Shown one piece after another: positions 16,084 to 24,650 of a stretch of 32,701 nt of DNA. Positions within the stretch are counted from its first letter, which is position 1. Each line of letters begins with the position of its first letter. The position numbers were made by a program, and so were the translations under genes. A model generated the notes under the pieces. It searched no databases. It was not told where the DNA came from and saw only the letters and a program-made list of their open reading frames with translations. This DNA is from an uncultured Candidatus Saccharibacteria bacterium (GTDB lineage: Bacteria > Patescibacteriota > Minisyncoccia > UBA6257 > UBA9933). The stretch lies in the NCBI GenBank assembly GCA_964482855.1, contig CAYZYY010000001.1, positions 2,194 through 34,894 of the forward strand. Reading direction: 5' to 3'.

Positions 16084-17541
16084 ATGAGCAAACTTAGGGA
16101 TTTTTTTTTCCGAAACACGAACTCCCGGCAAACCATTGCCAAAAACGTTTTCTGGCTCGGTTCGGGACAGATATTCGGCCGTTTGACGAGGGCTCTTTTT
16201 ATCATTTACGCGGCCCGTCTTTTAGGGGCGGCCGAATATGGCGTATTTTCTTACGCCCTCGGCCTGGCCGGTTTTTTCACTATCTTTGCCGATATTGGAA
16301 TCAGCCAGATACTTACCAGAGAAGCCAGCCGAAAACCGGACAAGGCGTCTTTTTATTTTGCCACTTCGTTTTGGATTAAAACCGTTCTTCTCTTGGGAAC
16401 CACCGCTTTAGTTATTTTTATAGCCCCGCATTTTTCTAAAATCGAATCCGCGAAAATAATTATTCCTTTCGTCAGTTTGCTCGTTATTTTCGATAATCTA
16501 CGGGAATTTTCAAACGCGTTTTTCAGAGCCAAAGAAAAAATGGAGCTTGAGGCCTTCGTAAATATTCTTATGAACGTTTCCATTGCTTTAATCGGTTTTA
16601 TCGTTATTTATTTTTCGCAAACCGCCAGAGCAGTCACTTTTTCCTATATAGGAAGCGCCGGCGCCGGCTTACTTGCCGCGGTTTTCATTCTTCGGGAAGA
16701 ATTTCTAAAAGTTATTAAAGACTTTGACCGGAAGCTTATCCGTCCATTATTGAAATCCTCCTGGCCCATTGCTTTAAGCGGACTACTAGGCGCTTTTATG
16801 TTGAATATCGACATTATTATGCTCGGCTGGCTCCGCTCGGCCCAGGAAATCGGATTTTACTCAGCCGGACAAAAGATAATCCAGCTCCTCTATGTTTTAC
16901 CTTCAATCGTCGCCAGCGCCATTTTTCCGGCCCTTTCCAGAGCAGTCGGAAAAAAAGAACACCCAAAAGCGACTCTCATTATGGAAAGAGGGATGGCATC
17001 TATTTTTTTTCTTGCCATTCCTTTGGTTGTCGGCGGAATCGTTCTCGGCGAACCCATTATTGATTTCCTATACGGGAACGGGTATCTTCCCGGCGTGTTA
17101 AACTTTCAAATCCTGCTTTCCACCGTCCTTATAATTTTCCCGCAAGCGCTTCTGGTAAATCTGGCGCTGGTCTACAACAAACAAAAAAAATTAGCCGCTT
17201 ACGCGGCTTTTGCCTCATTGGGCAATATAGGATTTAACGCTCTTCTTATTCCCAAATTCGGGATTGTTGGAGCGGCAATAAGCACGGTAATCGTCCAAAC
17301 TCTTTATATCAGCCTTACGTGGAATATGATTAAGAGAATAAATACATTCAAAACCATCGCAAGCCTTAAGAAAATATTCACCGCTTCGGTCCTGATGGGA
17401 ATTTCAAGTTTCTTCTTCAATAAAATGGGAATGAACCTCATTATTAATATCGTCGTCTCGGTCGGAATTTACCTGGGAATACTCGTTGTTTTGAAAGAGA
17501 AAATTTTAGAGGAATTAAAATCAATCAAAAACTCTTACTGA
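16084..17541 (+). CDS. MOP-superfamily polysaccharide flippase (Wzx-like)
   Basis: 485 aa with about 12 or more hydrophobic segments and a typical N-terminus (IAKNVFWLGSGQIFGRLTRALFIIYAARLLG). It follows the priming transferase. Confidence 0.8.
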   Translation: MSKLRDFFFRNTNSRQTIAKNVFWLGSGQIFGRLTRALFIIYAARLLGAAEYGVFSYALGLAGFFTIFADIGISQILTREASRKPDKASFYFATSFWIKTVLLLGTTALVIFIAPHFSKIESAKIIIPFVSLLVIFDNLREFSNAFFRAKEKMELEAFVNILMNVSIALIGFIVIYFSQTARAVTFSYIGSAGAGLLAAVFILREEFLKVIKDFDRKLIRPLLKSSWPIALSGLLGAFMLNIDIIMLGWLRSAQEIGFYSAGQKIIQLLYVLPSIVASAIFPALSRAVGKKEHPKATLIMERGMASIFFLAIPLVVGGIVLGEPIIDFLYGNGYLPGVLNFQILLSTVLIIFPQALLVNLALVYNKQKKLAAYAAFASLGNIGFNALLIPKFGIVGAAISTVIVQTLYISLTWNMIKRINTFKTIASLKKIFTASVLMGISSFFFNKMGMNLIINIVVSVGIYLGILVVLKEKILEELKSIKNSY

Positions 17542-18968
17542 AAAAGTTTCTTTAGGCTAGCCCTAATGGCCTCGGCGATATAAATAGGATTTTTCAACCT
17601 CATTACGTTTTTGAAGATGAATCTCGGAGAAAAGAAAAATCTCAGATTGGCCCGATGAACGACCTTCTTAAGCTCTTTATCTGAAAGATGAGGATAACTG
17701 ATATGAGCCGAACGAGCCACGTCTATCGGCTTGTATTCGCCGCCAACAATCCAATTTTCCTTTTTGGCGATGTCGTAAAACTCAGTCCCGGGAAACGGAC
17801 TACAAACGTCAAACATCACCTGGTCGGGCTTGATTTCCCTAATTTTTTTCAGAGTCGCCGCGATTGTTTCTTTTGTTTCCAAGGGACTGGCTCCGAATAA
17901 GATATTTAACTTGACGAAAATTTTGTGTTTTTTCAAGAGTTTAATACCCTCAACCAATTTTTCAACGGTCACGTCTTTTTTGGTATAATCCAGTATTTTC
18001 TGAACAAACGACTCAACCCCGATATCCACATATCTGCAGCCAGCCTCGCTTAATACTTTGACAATTTCTTCATCCAAGTGGTCTACCCTGGATAAACATC
18101 CCCAGGCAAAATTCAGGTCCTTAATTCCGGCGCAAATTTCCAAAATCCTTTCTTTGCCCAAAACAAATTGGTCGTCAATAATACTGATTGACCTATACCC
18201 CTGACTCTTTAAAATTTTGAATTCTTCAATCACGTTAGCGGCGCTCCTTACTCGAATCGGGGGCTTAAGGCAACCGCTCTTTTTCTTAAATTCCAATTCT
18301 CGGGCAAAACTCAAAGCGCAGGGCACGCAATAAATACACCGATGAGGACACCCCCTTGCGGCAAGCATTGCCGTAAAAGGCTTAAGCCCGAGTTTGGGAT
18401 TATAAAACGCGTTCTTTTTTATCAGATGCCTGGCCGGAAAAGGAAGCTTGTCTAAATTCTCAATTATCGGCCTGCTCTCGTTGCGAATTATTTCTCCCTT
18501 TTTAAGCCAGGAAAGTCCTTTAATTCTTTCCGGCGATTTGCCTCCAGCTATCGCTTCCACTAATTCAGGAACAGTAAGGTCCGGCTCTCCCATAACGGCG
18601 TAAAAATTTTCTTTGACTAAAAACTTCTCCGGAAAAAAAGTCGGCGCCGGACCCAAAAAAATAAATTTTTTATTATCATCAAACCTTGACGCCTTCTTGG
18701 CAAAATCAATATCTTTTTCCATTGAAAGATTAACTGAGAAAATCAAATAAACGTCGCTTTTATCCTTGGCGACGAATTTCTTGAATTGGTCTTCCTTTTT
18801 AAAATCCAAAAAATCCTGATTGTAAACAACCTCGTGTTTTTTCTCCAAAAGAGCGAGGATAATCAAGACATAAACGTTTGGAAAAGGATAGTTTGTGTAA
18901 CTACAGCCGAAAATCCGCTCAAATCTTTTTTTATTTTCGCCAACTGGCTCAATGTAAGAAATTTTCAT
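17535..18968 (-). CDS. B12-binding-domain radical SAM enzyme (class B rSAM-like)
   Basis: The N-terminal ~150 aa is Rossmann-like, as in cobalamin-binding rSAMs, followed by ARGCPHRCIYCV (CxxxCxxC). 477 aa. The ATG at 18968 overlaps the upstream TGA (ATGA). Confidence 0.8.
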   Translation of the reverse strand: MKISYIEPVGENKKRFERIFGCSYTNYPFPNVYVLIILALLEKKHEVVYNQDFLDFKKEDQFKKFVAKDKSDVYLIFSVNLSMEKDIDFAKKASRFDDNKKFIFLGPAPTFFPEKFLVKENFYAVMGEPDLTVPELVEAIAGGKSPERIKGLSWLKKGEIIRNESRPIIENLDKLPFPARHLIKKNAFYNPKLGLKPFTAMLAARGCPHRCIYCVPCALSFARELEFKKKSGCLKPPIRVRSAANVIEEFKILKSQGYRSISIIDDQFVLGKERILEICAGIKDLNFAWGCLSRVDHLDEEIVKVLSEAGCRYVDIGVESFVQKILDYTKKDVTVEKLVEGIKLLKKHKIFVKLNILFGASPLETKETIAATLKKIREIKPDQVMFDVCSPFPGTEFYDIAKKENWIVGGEYKPIDVARSAHISYPHLSDKELKKVVHRANLRFFFSPRFIFKNVMRLKNPIYIAEAIRASLKKLFQ

Positions 18969-19951
18969 TTTTTTGATGCGTAAAATTTAATTATGCCGCT
19001 CATCCATGCTATTGCCCTTAAGGCGACGAAGGCCGGCATAAAAACCCCGATGAACATCTTTTTATTTTTAATAAAAAATTTGATTTCGTCAAACTGGAAA
19101 ACGTAAATCAGAGCCGCAAAAAATACCGCAAAAATTAGAAAATCAGGATTAGACAAAAAAGCAAGAAGTAAGGACGCAAAGAAAATCAAACCCAAAGGCA
19201 ATTCCAGAAAATAACGCATGCTGGAAACCTGATCGCCCGACCAGCGCTTCGGGTGTTTTTTAATCAGCATCATTCTGGCCAAAGCGCCGTGTGTCCGTTG
19301 CTTCATAAACCCCATAAAGCTTTCCGGCCAGAAATGAAGACAAAAAGTCTTTTGGGAAAGCGCCAGTTTATAGCCGGAAGCAATCATCCGATAACTCAAT
19401 TCGTTGTCCTGGCCGTACCTGAATTTCGGGTCAAACAAGCCGACCTCGTCCAAAACCGACTTTCGATAAATCGTGTTGGTGGTGCTTAAATGGTCGACGA
19501 ATTCGGATTTTATCTTCGACTGCCGGTATTCCACGTTGTAACCGGCCAAAGCAGCCCAGATATTTCCAGGGTTCAATGTCTTCGTCAATCCCGCGACGGC
19601 CGCTATTTTTTTTCCACCAGAGGCGGATTCAAAATAAGGCAACAGCTCAAAGAGCCAGTTTTCATCAAGCACCACGTCTCCATCAAGTACGGTTATGAAT
19701 TCCTCCTCTATCATTGCCAGCCCGGTATTCAAAGATTTCGCCACGCCCTGATTTTTCTGAGAAACGTATTTGACGTTTTTATGCCGGCTTGCAAATTCTT
19801 TTATGATTTTGGCCGAATCGTCCGTACTTTCGTCGTCAACCACGATTATTTCTTTGAATTCCACCTGTTGGGACAACAACGATTCCAGGGTTTTGGCGAT
19901 GGTCTTCTGTTTGTTGTAAACCGTTATTACGGCACTGATACTTTTATTCAT
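18965..19951 (-). CDS. Family 2 glycosyltransferase with C-terminal TM segments (synthase-like)
   Basis: ISAVITVYN...VVDDESTDDS, a DxD-like motif LDGDVV, GQDNEL, and a QxxRW-position motif reading KQRTHG. The last ~90 aa are hydrophobic. Confidence 0.85.
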   Translation of the reverse strand: MNKSISAVITVYNKQKTIAKTLESLLSQQVEFKEIIVVDDESTDDSAKIIKEFASRHKNVKYVSQKNQGVAKSLNTGLAMIEEEFITVLDGDVVLDENWLFELLPYFESASGGKKIAAVAGLTKTLNPGNIWAALAGYNVEYRQSKIKSEFVDHLSTTNTIYRKSVLDEVGLFDPKFRYGQDNELSYRMIASGYKLALSQKTFCLHFWPESFMGFMKQRTHGALARMMLIKKHPKRWSGDQVSSMRYFLELPLGLIFFASLLLAFLSNPDFLIFAVFFAALIYVFQFDEIKFFIKNKKMFIGVFMPAFVALRAIAWMSGIIKFYASKK

Positions 19952-19961
19952 AATTACTTGT

Positions 19962-19996
19962 AACGGCTCAACGCGTTGAGCCGTTGAATTTTTATA
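19962..19996 (+). terminator. 24-bp perfect palindrome followed by a T-run on the plus strand
   Basis: AACGGCTCAACG|CGTTGAGCCGTT (19962-19985), then GAATTTTTAT. On the minus (operon) strand it is followed by ACAAGTAATT and then the ATG, with no U-tract. Confidence 0.35.
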
Positions 19997-20962
19997 TTAG
20001 CATTCCGGCAACCGCAGCATCTCGCAGCCATCGCAGACTAAATTTGAATTTTTCCTGAATTTTCTGAATTTCTCGCCGTTCCAAACCTCTTCAAGCGATT
20101 GCGAAAGCAAATCACCCAGCTCGTACGTAGGCAAAGAACAGCAAGGCGTGGCTTTACCGGAATGAGTGATGTAAACATAATCGTACAGTTTCGGACAGGG
20201 CCTGTTTTTACGAAACAGCCGCCGGCCGAAAAGAATAAAAAGTCTTCTCTTAATGCCGGTAAAAGCGGAAAAGGGTAAGAAATCAACCCTGATTTTAAGC
20301 TTATCGGAAAACGTCATTATTTTTTCAGCTAATTCGAACTCTTCCTCCGCGCGAAAAGAGGGTAAATTTTTGTTGAATCTCCGGTCCAATCTGGCGATGT
20401 TTATCCTGTCCACGCCCAGTTCTTTGCCTTTCTTGATAAGTTCCAGTAATTCGCCTTCTTTGCCCTTATGCAAAGTAGGCTGAAGTATTACCAGCGGCTT
20501 TTTGTTTTGTCTTGAAGAAATAAGGTTTTGGACGACGCTTTTTATTGAATGACTATGATGACGGGGATCCTGGCTAGCTAATTCTTCAAAAGAGTCTACT
20601 GATAAACTAATGGAATCCAGTTCGTCATTCACTAATTTTTCAATCATTTCCTGGTTAAGCAGCGTCGCATTGGTCGTCAATTCCACGAGACATTTTTTTC
20701 GCTTAAAAATCCTGATAGCCTCGTGTATCCGCGAGTACAAAAGCGGCTCGCCCCAGCCAGTCAGGGTAATTTCAGAACCGGCCGGAATCTTTTCCGCTAT
20801 TCTTTTCAGGGTCGCAAAATCCATGTCCTCATATTCCAAATTAAAATCCTTTCTCGGACACATAAAACAATCCAGATTGCATTTGTTGGTTATCTCAATC
20901 TGGATTTTTGACGGCCTCTTCGGCACGCTAAAAAATAACCTTTTGAAGAATTTAAAAATCAT
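19997..20962 (-). CDS. Radical SAM enzyme with a C-terminal SPASM-type Cys-rich domain
   Basis: ITNKCNLDCFMCP (CxxxCxxC). The C-terminal auxiliary-cluster pattern is RPCPKLYDYVYITHSGKATPCCSLP ... CDGCEM. 321 aa. Confidence 0.85.
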   Translation of the reverse strand: MIFKFFKRLFFSVPKRPSKIQIEITNKCNLDCFMCPRKDFNLEYEDMDFATLKRIAEKIPAGSEITLTGWGEPLLYSRIHEAIRIFKRKKCLVELTTNATLLNQEMIEKLVNDELDSISLSVDSFEELASQDPRHHSHSIKSVVQNLISSRQNKKPLVILQPTLHKGKEGELLELIKKGKELGVDRINIARLDRRFNKNLPSFRAEEEFELAEKIMTFSDKLKIRVDFLPFSAFTGIKRRLFILFGRRLFRKNRPCPKLYDYVYITHSGKATPCCSLPTYELGDLLSQSLEEVWNGEKFRKFRKNSNLVCDGCEMLRLPEC

Positions 20963-21016
20963 ATTGTTTAATGTAATTAGGACGCCTTAGTAAAAAGGCA
21001 GATTTTATTAAGCTTA

Positions 21017-21844
21017 TCAATTTTGGACCTTTAATTTCTCATAAATCTTGGCGTCAACCAAAAATCTGTACCAAAATCCCTGCAAAAAATGGAATATTAA
21101 TCCTTCTTTGCCATCGAGAAAACCAAGGCGGAAAATATATCTGTACGTAAAATACGCGCAGGCTCTAAAAAACAACGGCGCTTTAAAGTATAAATTTCTT
21201 AGGAAGCGGCGCCGGCGCCTCTTATCCTTAAACTCTTTTTCATCGCCTTTGTTTTTTAATTGGCTTTCGGCTTCCAAAGTGGACCATTTATTATGCCTCT
21301 CTGTAAATCTGGCCAAAGAATCGGATATGATGTCTATGATGTCGGATTTTAGAATTTGAATCTTTCCGTCTACGATGAAATGTTGGTCGTAGGGCTTGTG
21401 TTCGCAATACCCCTTATTTTTGCGAAACAGAGGCGCGTGATAAGTGGGATAATGACCGCCATGCTTTATCCACTTGCCCATAAAAATAGTTTTACGGCTC
21501 ATTAGAAATCCATTAAAATTTTCATCAGCGCCCGTGGAAAATTTTCCGATTAACTCCTTTTTTAATTCCGGTGCGACCCTGTGATCGGCATCGAGATTGA
21601 AGACCCAATCGGTTTTTATAGGAAGATTTTCCAATGCCCAATTTCTTTGTTCAGAATAATTATCAAATTCGTGACATACCAACTCTACCTTGAATTTTTT
21701 GGCGATATCAACGGTTTTATCGCTGGAATAAGAATCAACCACGAAAATTTTCTCTACCCAACCGAAAACGCTTTCAATACAATCCTTAATGTTATTCTCT
21801 TCATTATATGTAAGAATTATTACGCTAATTGGAAGTTTATCCAT
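21017..21844 (-). CDS. Family 2 glycosyltransferase (soluble, WaaE/KdtX-like architecture)
   Basis: ISVIILTYNEENNI...VVDSYSSDKT, LDADH as the DxD equivalent, and a C-terminal GFLDGKEGLIFHFLQGFW helix region. Confidence 0.85.
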   Translation of the reverse strand: MDKLPISVIILTYNEENNIKDCIESVFGWVEKIFVVDSYSSDKTVDIAKKFKVELVCHEFDNYSEQRNWALENLPIKTDWVFNLDADHRVAPELKKELIGKFSTGADENFNGFLMSRKTIFMGKWIKHGGHYPTYHAPLFRKNKGYCEHKPYDQHFIVDGKIQILKSDIIDIISDSLARFTERHNKWSTLEAESQLKNKGDEKEFKDKRRRRRFLRNLYFKAPLFFRACAYFTYRYIFRLGFLDGKEGLIFHFLQGFWYRFLVDAKIYEKLKVQN

Positions 21845-21889
21845 AATCTTATAACATGAAACTTAATTAGACTGACCGCCTTTTGATTC

Positions 21890-23074
21890 TTATAAGAATC
21901 CGCATAAACCTATTATTTTTTTATATTGCCCGATAAATTCTTCGGCTAAAATGTCCGGAGAAAAGCTGTTTTTTACTAATTTCCAGCCGTTTTCCCTTAT
22001 TTTGCGGGAAAACTGCTTATTTTTCAATACCTTTAAAATGGCGGCCGCAAATTCCTTATTTTCTTTTTTTACCACGATTCCTGCATTATTTTCGCTGATT
22101 TCTCCGCTAATTCCGACCCCGTCGCTTACCACGACGGGTAAACCGCAATGCATCGCTTCTACGACAGACATTCCGAAGTTTTCCGAATATGTCGGAAGAA
22201 CGAAAACATCGCTTTCTTTAAAAGCCCCCGCCTTATCCTCATTTAAAAGCATGCCCGTAAATAAAGTTTTCTCGCCGACTCCAAATTCCTCAATTAATCT
22301 ATCTACCTCTTTTTTATAATCCTGGTCGCTTTCGCCGGCGATGACCAAAAAACAATCGGGGTCATTCTTCAAAACTTCGGCGAAAGCCGGAATAAGGGTG
22401 TCAAATCCTTTTTTCCAGTTAATCCTGCCCAAAGATAAAATTGTTTTTTTGTCTTCGGGGATACTGAATTTTTTTCTGAATTCGGTTTCTTTATATTTAT
22501 CCAAATCAGTCGAGTCCAATGCGTTGGGTACGATGAAAAAAGACTTGAAATTCAGGCCCGCTTCCAAATATTCCTTTTTTTCTTTTTCAACGGTGAAATG
22601 AATCGCCGAAGCGCCTAAGAGATTCCTTTTTTCAATAAGCGCCAAATATATTTTTTTAACCAACGGCCTCCTCATCCGGAGAGGTTCTTTCATCAGGCTT
22701 CCCCTCGGAGAAATTATGTAGGGCTTGTCCCATTTTTTCGCGTAATGCGCCCCGAGCGCCGAAGCCGAAAGAAAGACCGAAGTGATATGAATTAAATCAA
22801 AGTCCTTTGTCCTTCTTTTTAATTCCCGGTGAAGATTTTTAGAATATTCCCATTTTCTAAAAGAAACCGGGAAATACCAGACCTTGACTCCGTCAATGAG
22901 CGTTTCTTGGCAAAGAGGAACATCGGTCGTACCCTTGCAGTCTATATTGGTCGTGAACACGGTGATATCCGCGCCTTTTTTAACCAACCACTTATTGAGT
23001 GAGTGGACGCTTAAAATAGGGCCGCCATACCGGTAAGCGGGCAAATAGCTTGGAACTATATGGAGTATTTTCAT
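21890..23074 (-). CDS. GT4-family (group 1) glycosyltransferase
   Basis: N-terminus MKILHIVPSYLPAYRYGGP and C-terminal E-x7-E region PTYSENFGMSVVEAMHCGLPVV. Confidence 0.88.
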   Translation of the reverse strand: MKILHIVPSYLPAYRYGGPILSVHSLNKWLVKKGADITVFTTNIDCKGTTDVPLCQETLIDGVKVWYFPVSFRKWEYSKNLHRELKRRTKDFDLIHITSVFLSASALGAHYAKKWDKPYIISPRGSLMKEPLRMRRPLVKKIYLALIEKRNLLGASAIHFTVEKEKKEYLEAGLNFKSFFIVPNALDSTDLDKYKETEFRKKFSIPEDKKTILSLGRINWKKGFDTLIPAFAEVLKNDPDCFLVIAGESDQDYKKEVDRLIEEFGVGEKTLFTGMLLNEDKAGAFKESDVFVLPTYSENFGMSVVEAMHCGLPVVVSDGVGISGEISENNAGIVVKKENKEFAAAILKVLKNKQFSRKIRENGWKLVKNSFSPDILAEEFIGQYKKIIGLCGFL

Positions 23075-23081
23075 ATTTGCG

Positions 23082-24650
23082 TTAATTGGTTCTTTTTTTG
23101 ATTTTAGACATCGTTTTATTTATAAAATTATCTACAATTTTTCTCTCTTGCGGTTTTAGCCATAAAAAGTAAGTAAACGCCATACCCACTGCCGCCATCA
23201 CAATGCCTAAAACAAACAGCTTTGTCCATGAAACGAAAACCATGCTCAAGAGCCAGCCAAAAGTTAAAAGAATGACGGCTAAAATTCCACCAACCCAGAA
23301 TATATAAAAATAATCCTTAAATCTCCCTTTAATTATATGAGTGGTTCTCCTTGGTATCCACCAAAGATTAATGAGTATCTCGGGAATCATAAAGCCCGCT
23401 ACGACGCCAATAATTCCCCAATAATGGACAAAAATCAACGCCAATCCCAAACCAATCAAAGATGAAATTATACTGACCACGGAATAACCAGTATATTTGT
23501 TCGTCGCTATTTGGAATACAGCGCTAAAATGCCAGATAGCGTACAATGGCACGCTAAGCAAAAGTATGTTCCAAAGGCCGCCATTGAAAATTATCTTTCC
23601 ACTTGTCCAAATATTAATTATTCCCTCGCCGGTAAAAAACAAAAACACGACCGAGATAACTGAAAGCATTATGGCTATTTTTAAAAACATATTATGAATA
23701 ACACGGAGTTTCGTATAATCGTCCCTCGCTTCACCGGCAGTTAACTCCGGTGAGAGAGCCGGCACCATAATATTCACCGCTCTTTTTACAAGATTAGCTA
23801 ACGTTCTATGAACCGCAAATGCGGCGACTGCAACCGACCCCAAAACCGAACCTATTATAAGTACGCTTCCTTGAATCTGAATCGCATAGGAAAGCGTAAT
23901 TAACATAAAAACCAACCCCGGAATGATAAAGCTTTTCACCAAAAGCCAGTCAATTTTTTCTTTAAAAAGTTCCAACTCCTTATGTCTCCTTGTGACATCC
24001 CAAAAAACAAAACAAAGAAATAAAAAGAGCAGGATTAAATACAAAAATGCTACGCTTACAAACTTGCCCCCAAAAACAAGGGTAAGGGCGATAAAACCAA
24101 TAAGGATAAAGTTTTTAATGTTGCCTACCAATTTTCCTCGTACAAATTCTCCAATACTAATATACAATCCCGCTATTGGAGAAGACATGACGCCGAGTAA
24201 AATATAACTACCCAAGATAAGAACCGTTACCTGGATCGTACTCTTTTTAGTAATTTCAATATTAAACCAATCATTGAGGGGCAAAACAAAAGCCGTGACT
24301 AAAATCAATCCCAAACCGACAGTAATTAAAATTAAGTAAAGAAAAAAAGCGCTTTTAAAAATTTTTCCATATTCTTTTAAATCTCCGCGCGAGTAGACTT
24401 GAATCATCTTGTTGGTGATATAACCCTCCATTCCCAATTCCGATAAAGCAAAATAACTTATCAAAGAAAAAAGAGTTATCCATTCCCCGTATATAACGCT
24501 CCCCCACGCCCAAAGAAATAAGGGGATAAGAATAACGTGCTCCAGCGTCCTTATCGCATCACCCATAAAAGTCATTGCGCTCCCCAAGGCGGTCCGTTTG
24601 GCCGTACCCACTAAAGGATACCCCTTATTAGAAACTATTTTGTTATTCAT
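23082..24650 (-). CDS. Polytopic membrane protein, MOP flippase-like (polymerase role not excluded)
   Basis: 522 aa with at least ten hydrophobic segments by eye. The glycan-operon context supports the call. The start overlaps the carbamoyltransferase stop (TAATG). No diagnostic motif was recognised. Confidence 0.55.
   Translation of the reverse strand: MNNKIVSNKGYPLVGTAKRTALGSAMTFMGDAIRTLEHVILIPLFLWAWGSVIYGEWITLFSLISYFALSELGMEGYITNKMIQVYSRGDLKEYGKIFKSAFFLYLILITVGLGLILVTAFVLPLNDWFNIEITKKSTIQVTVLILGSYILLGVMSSPIAGLYISIGEFVRGKLVGNIKNFILIGFIALTLVFGGKFVSVAFLYLILLFLFLCFVFWDVTRRHKELELFKEKIDWLLVKSFIIPGLVFMLITLSYAIQIQGSVLIIGSVLGSVAVAAFAVHRTLANLVKRAVNIMVPALSPELTAGEARDDYTKLRVIHNMFLKIAIMLSVISVVFLFFTGEGIINIWTSGKIIFNGGLWNILLLSVPLYAIWHFSAVFQIATNKYTGYSVVSIISSLIGLGLALIFVHYWGIIGVVAGFMIPEILINLWWIPRRTTHIIKGRFKDYFYIFWVGGILAVILLTFGWLLSMVFVSWTKLFVLGIVMAAVGMAFTYFLWLKPQERKIVDNFINKTMSKIKKRTN

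Noticed and set aside
19952-21016. A RiPP-type cluster, meaning a SPASM rSAM maturase with a nearby precursor peptide.
   Set aside because: The flanking gaps (45 and 54 nt) contain no ORF. The only small ORF nearby (20038-20286) is an alternative frame inside the rSAM gene. All the neighbours are glycosyltransferases.
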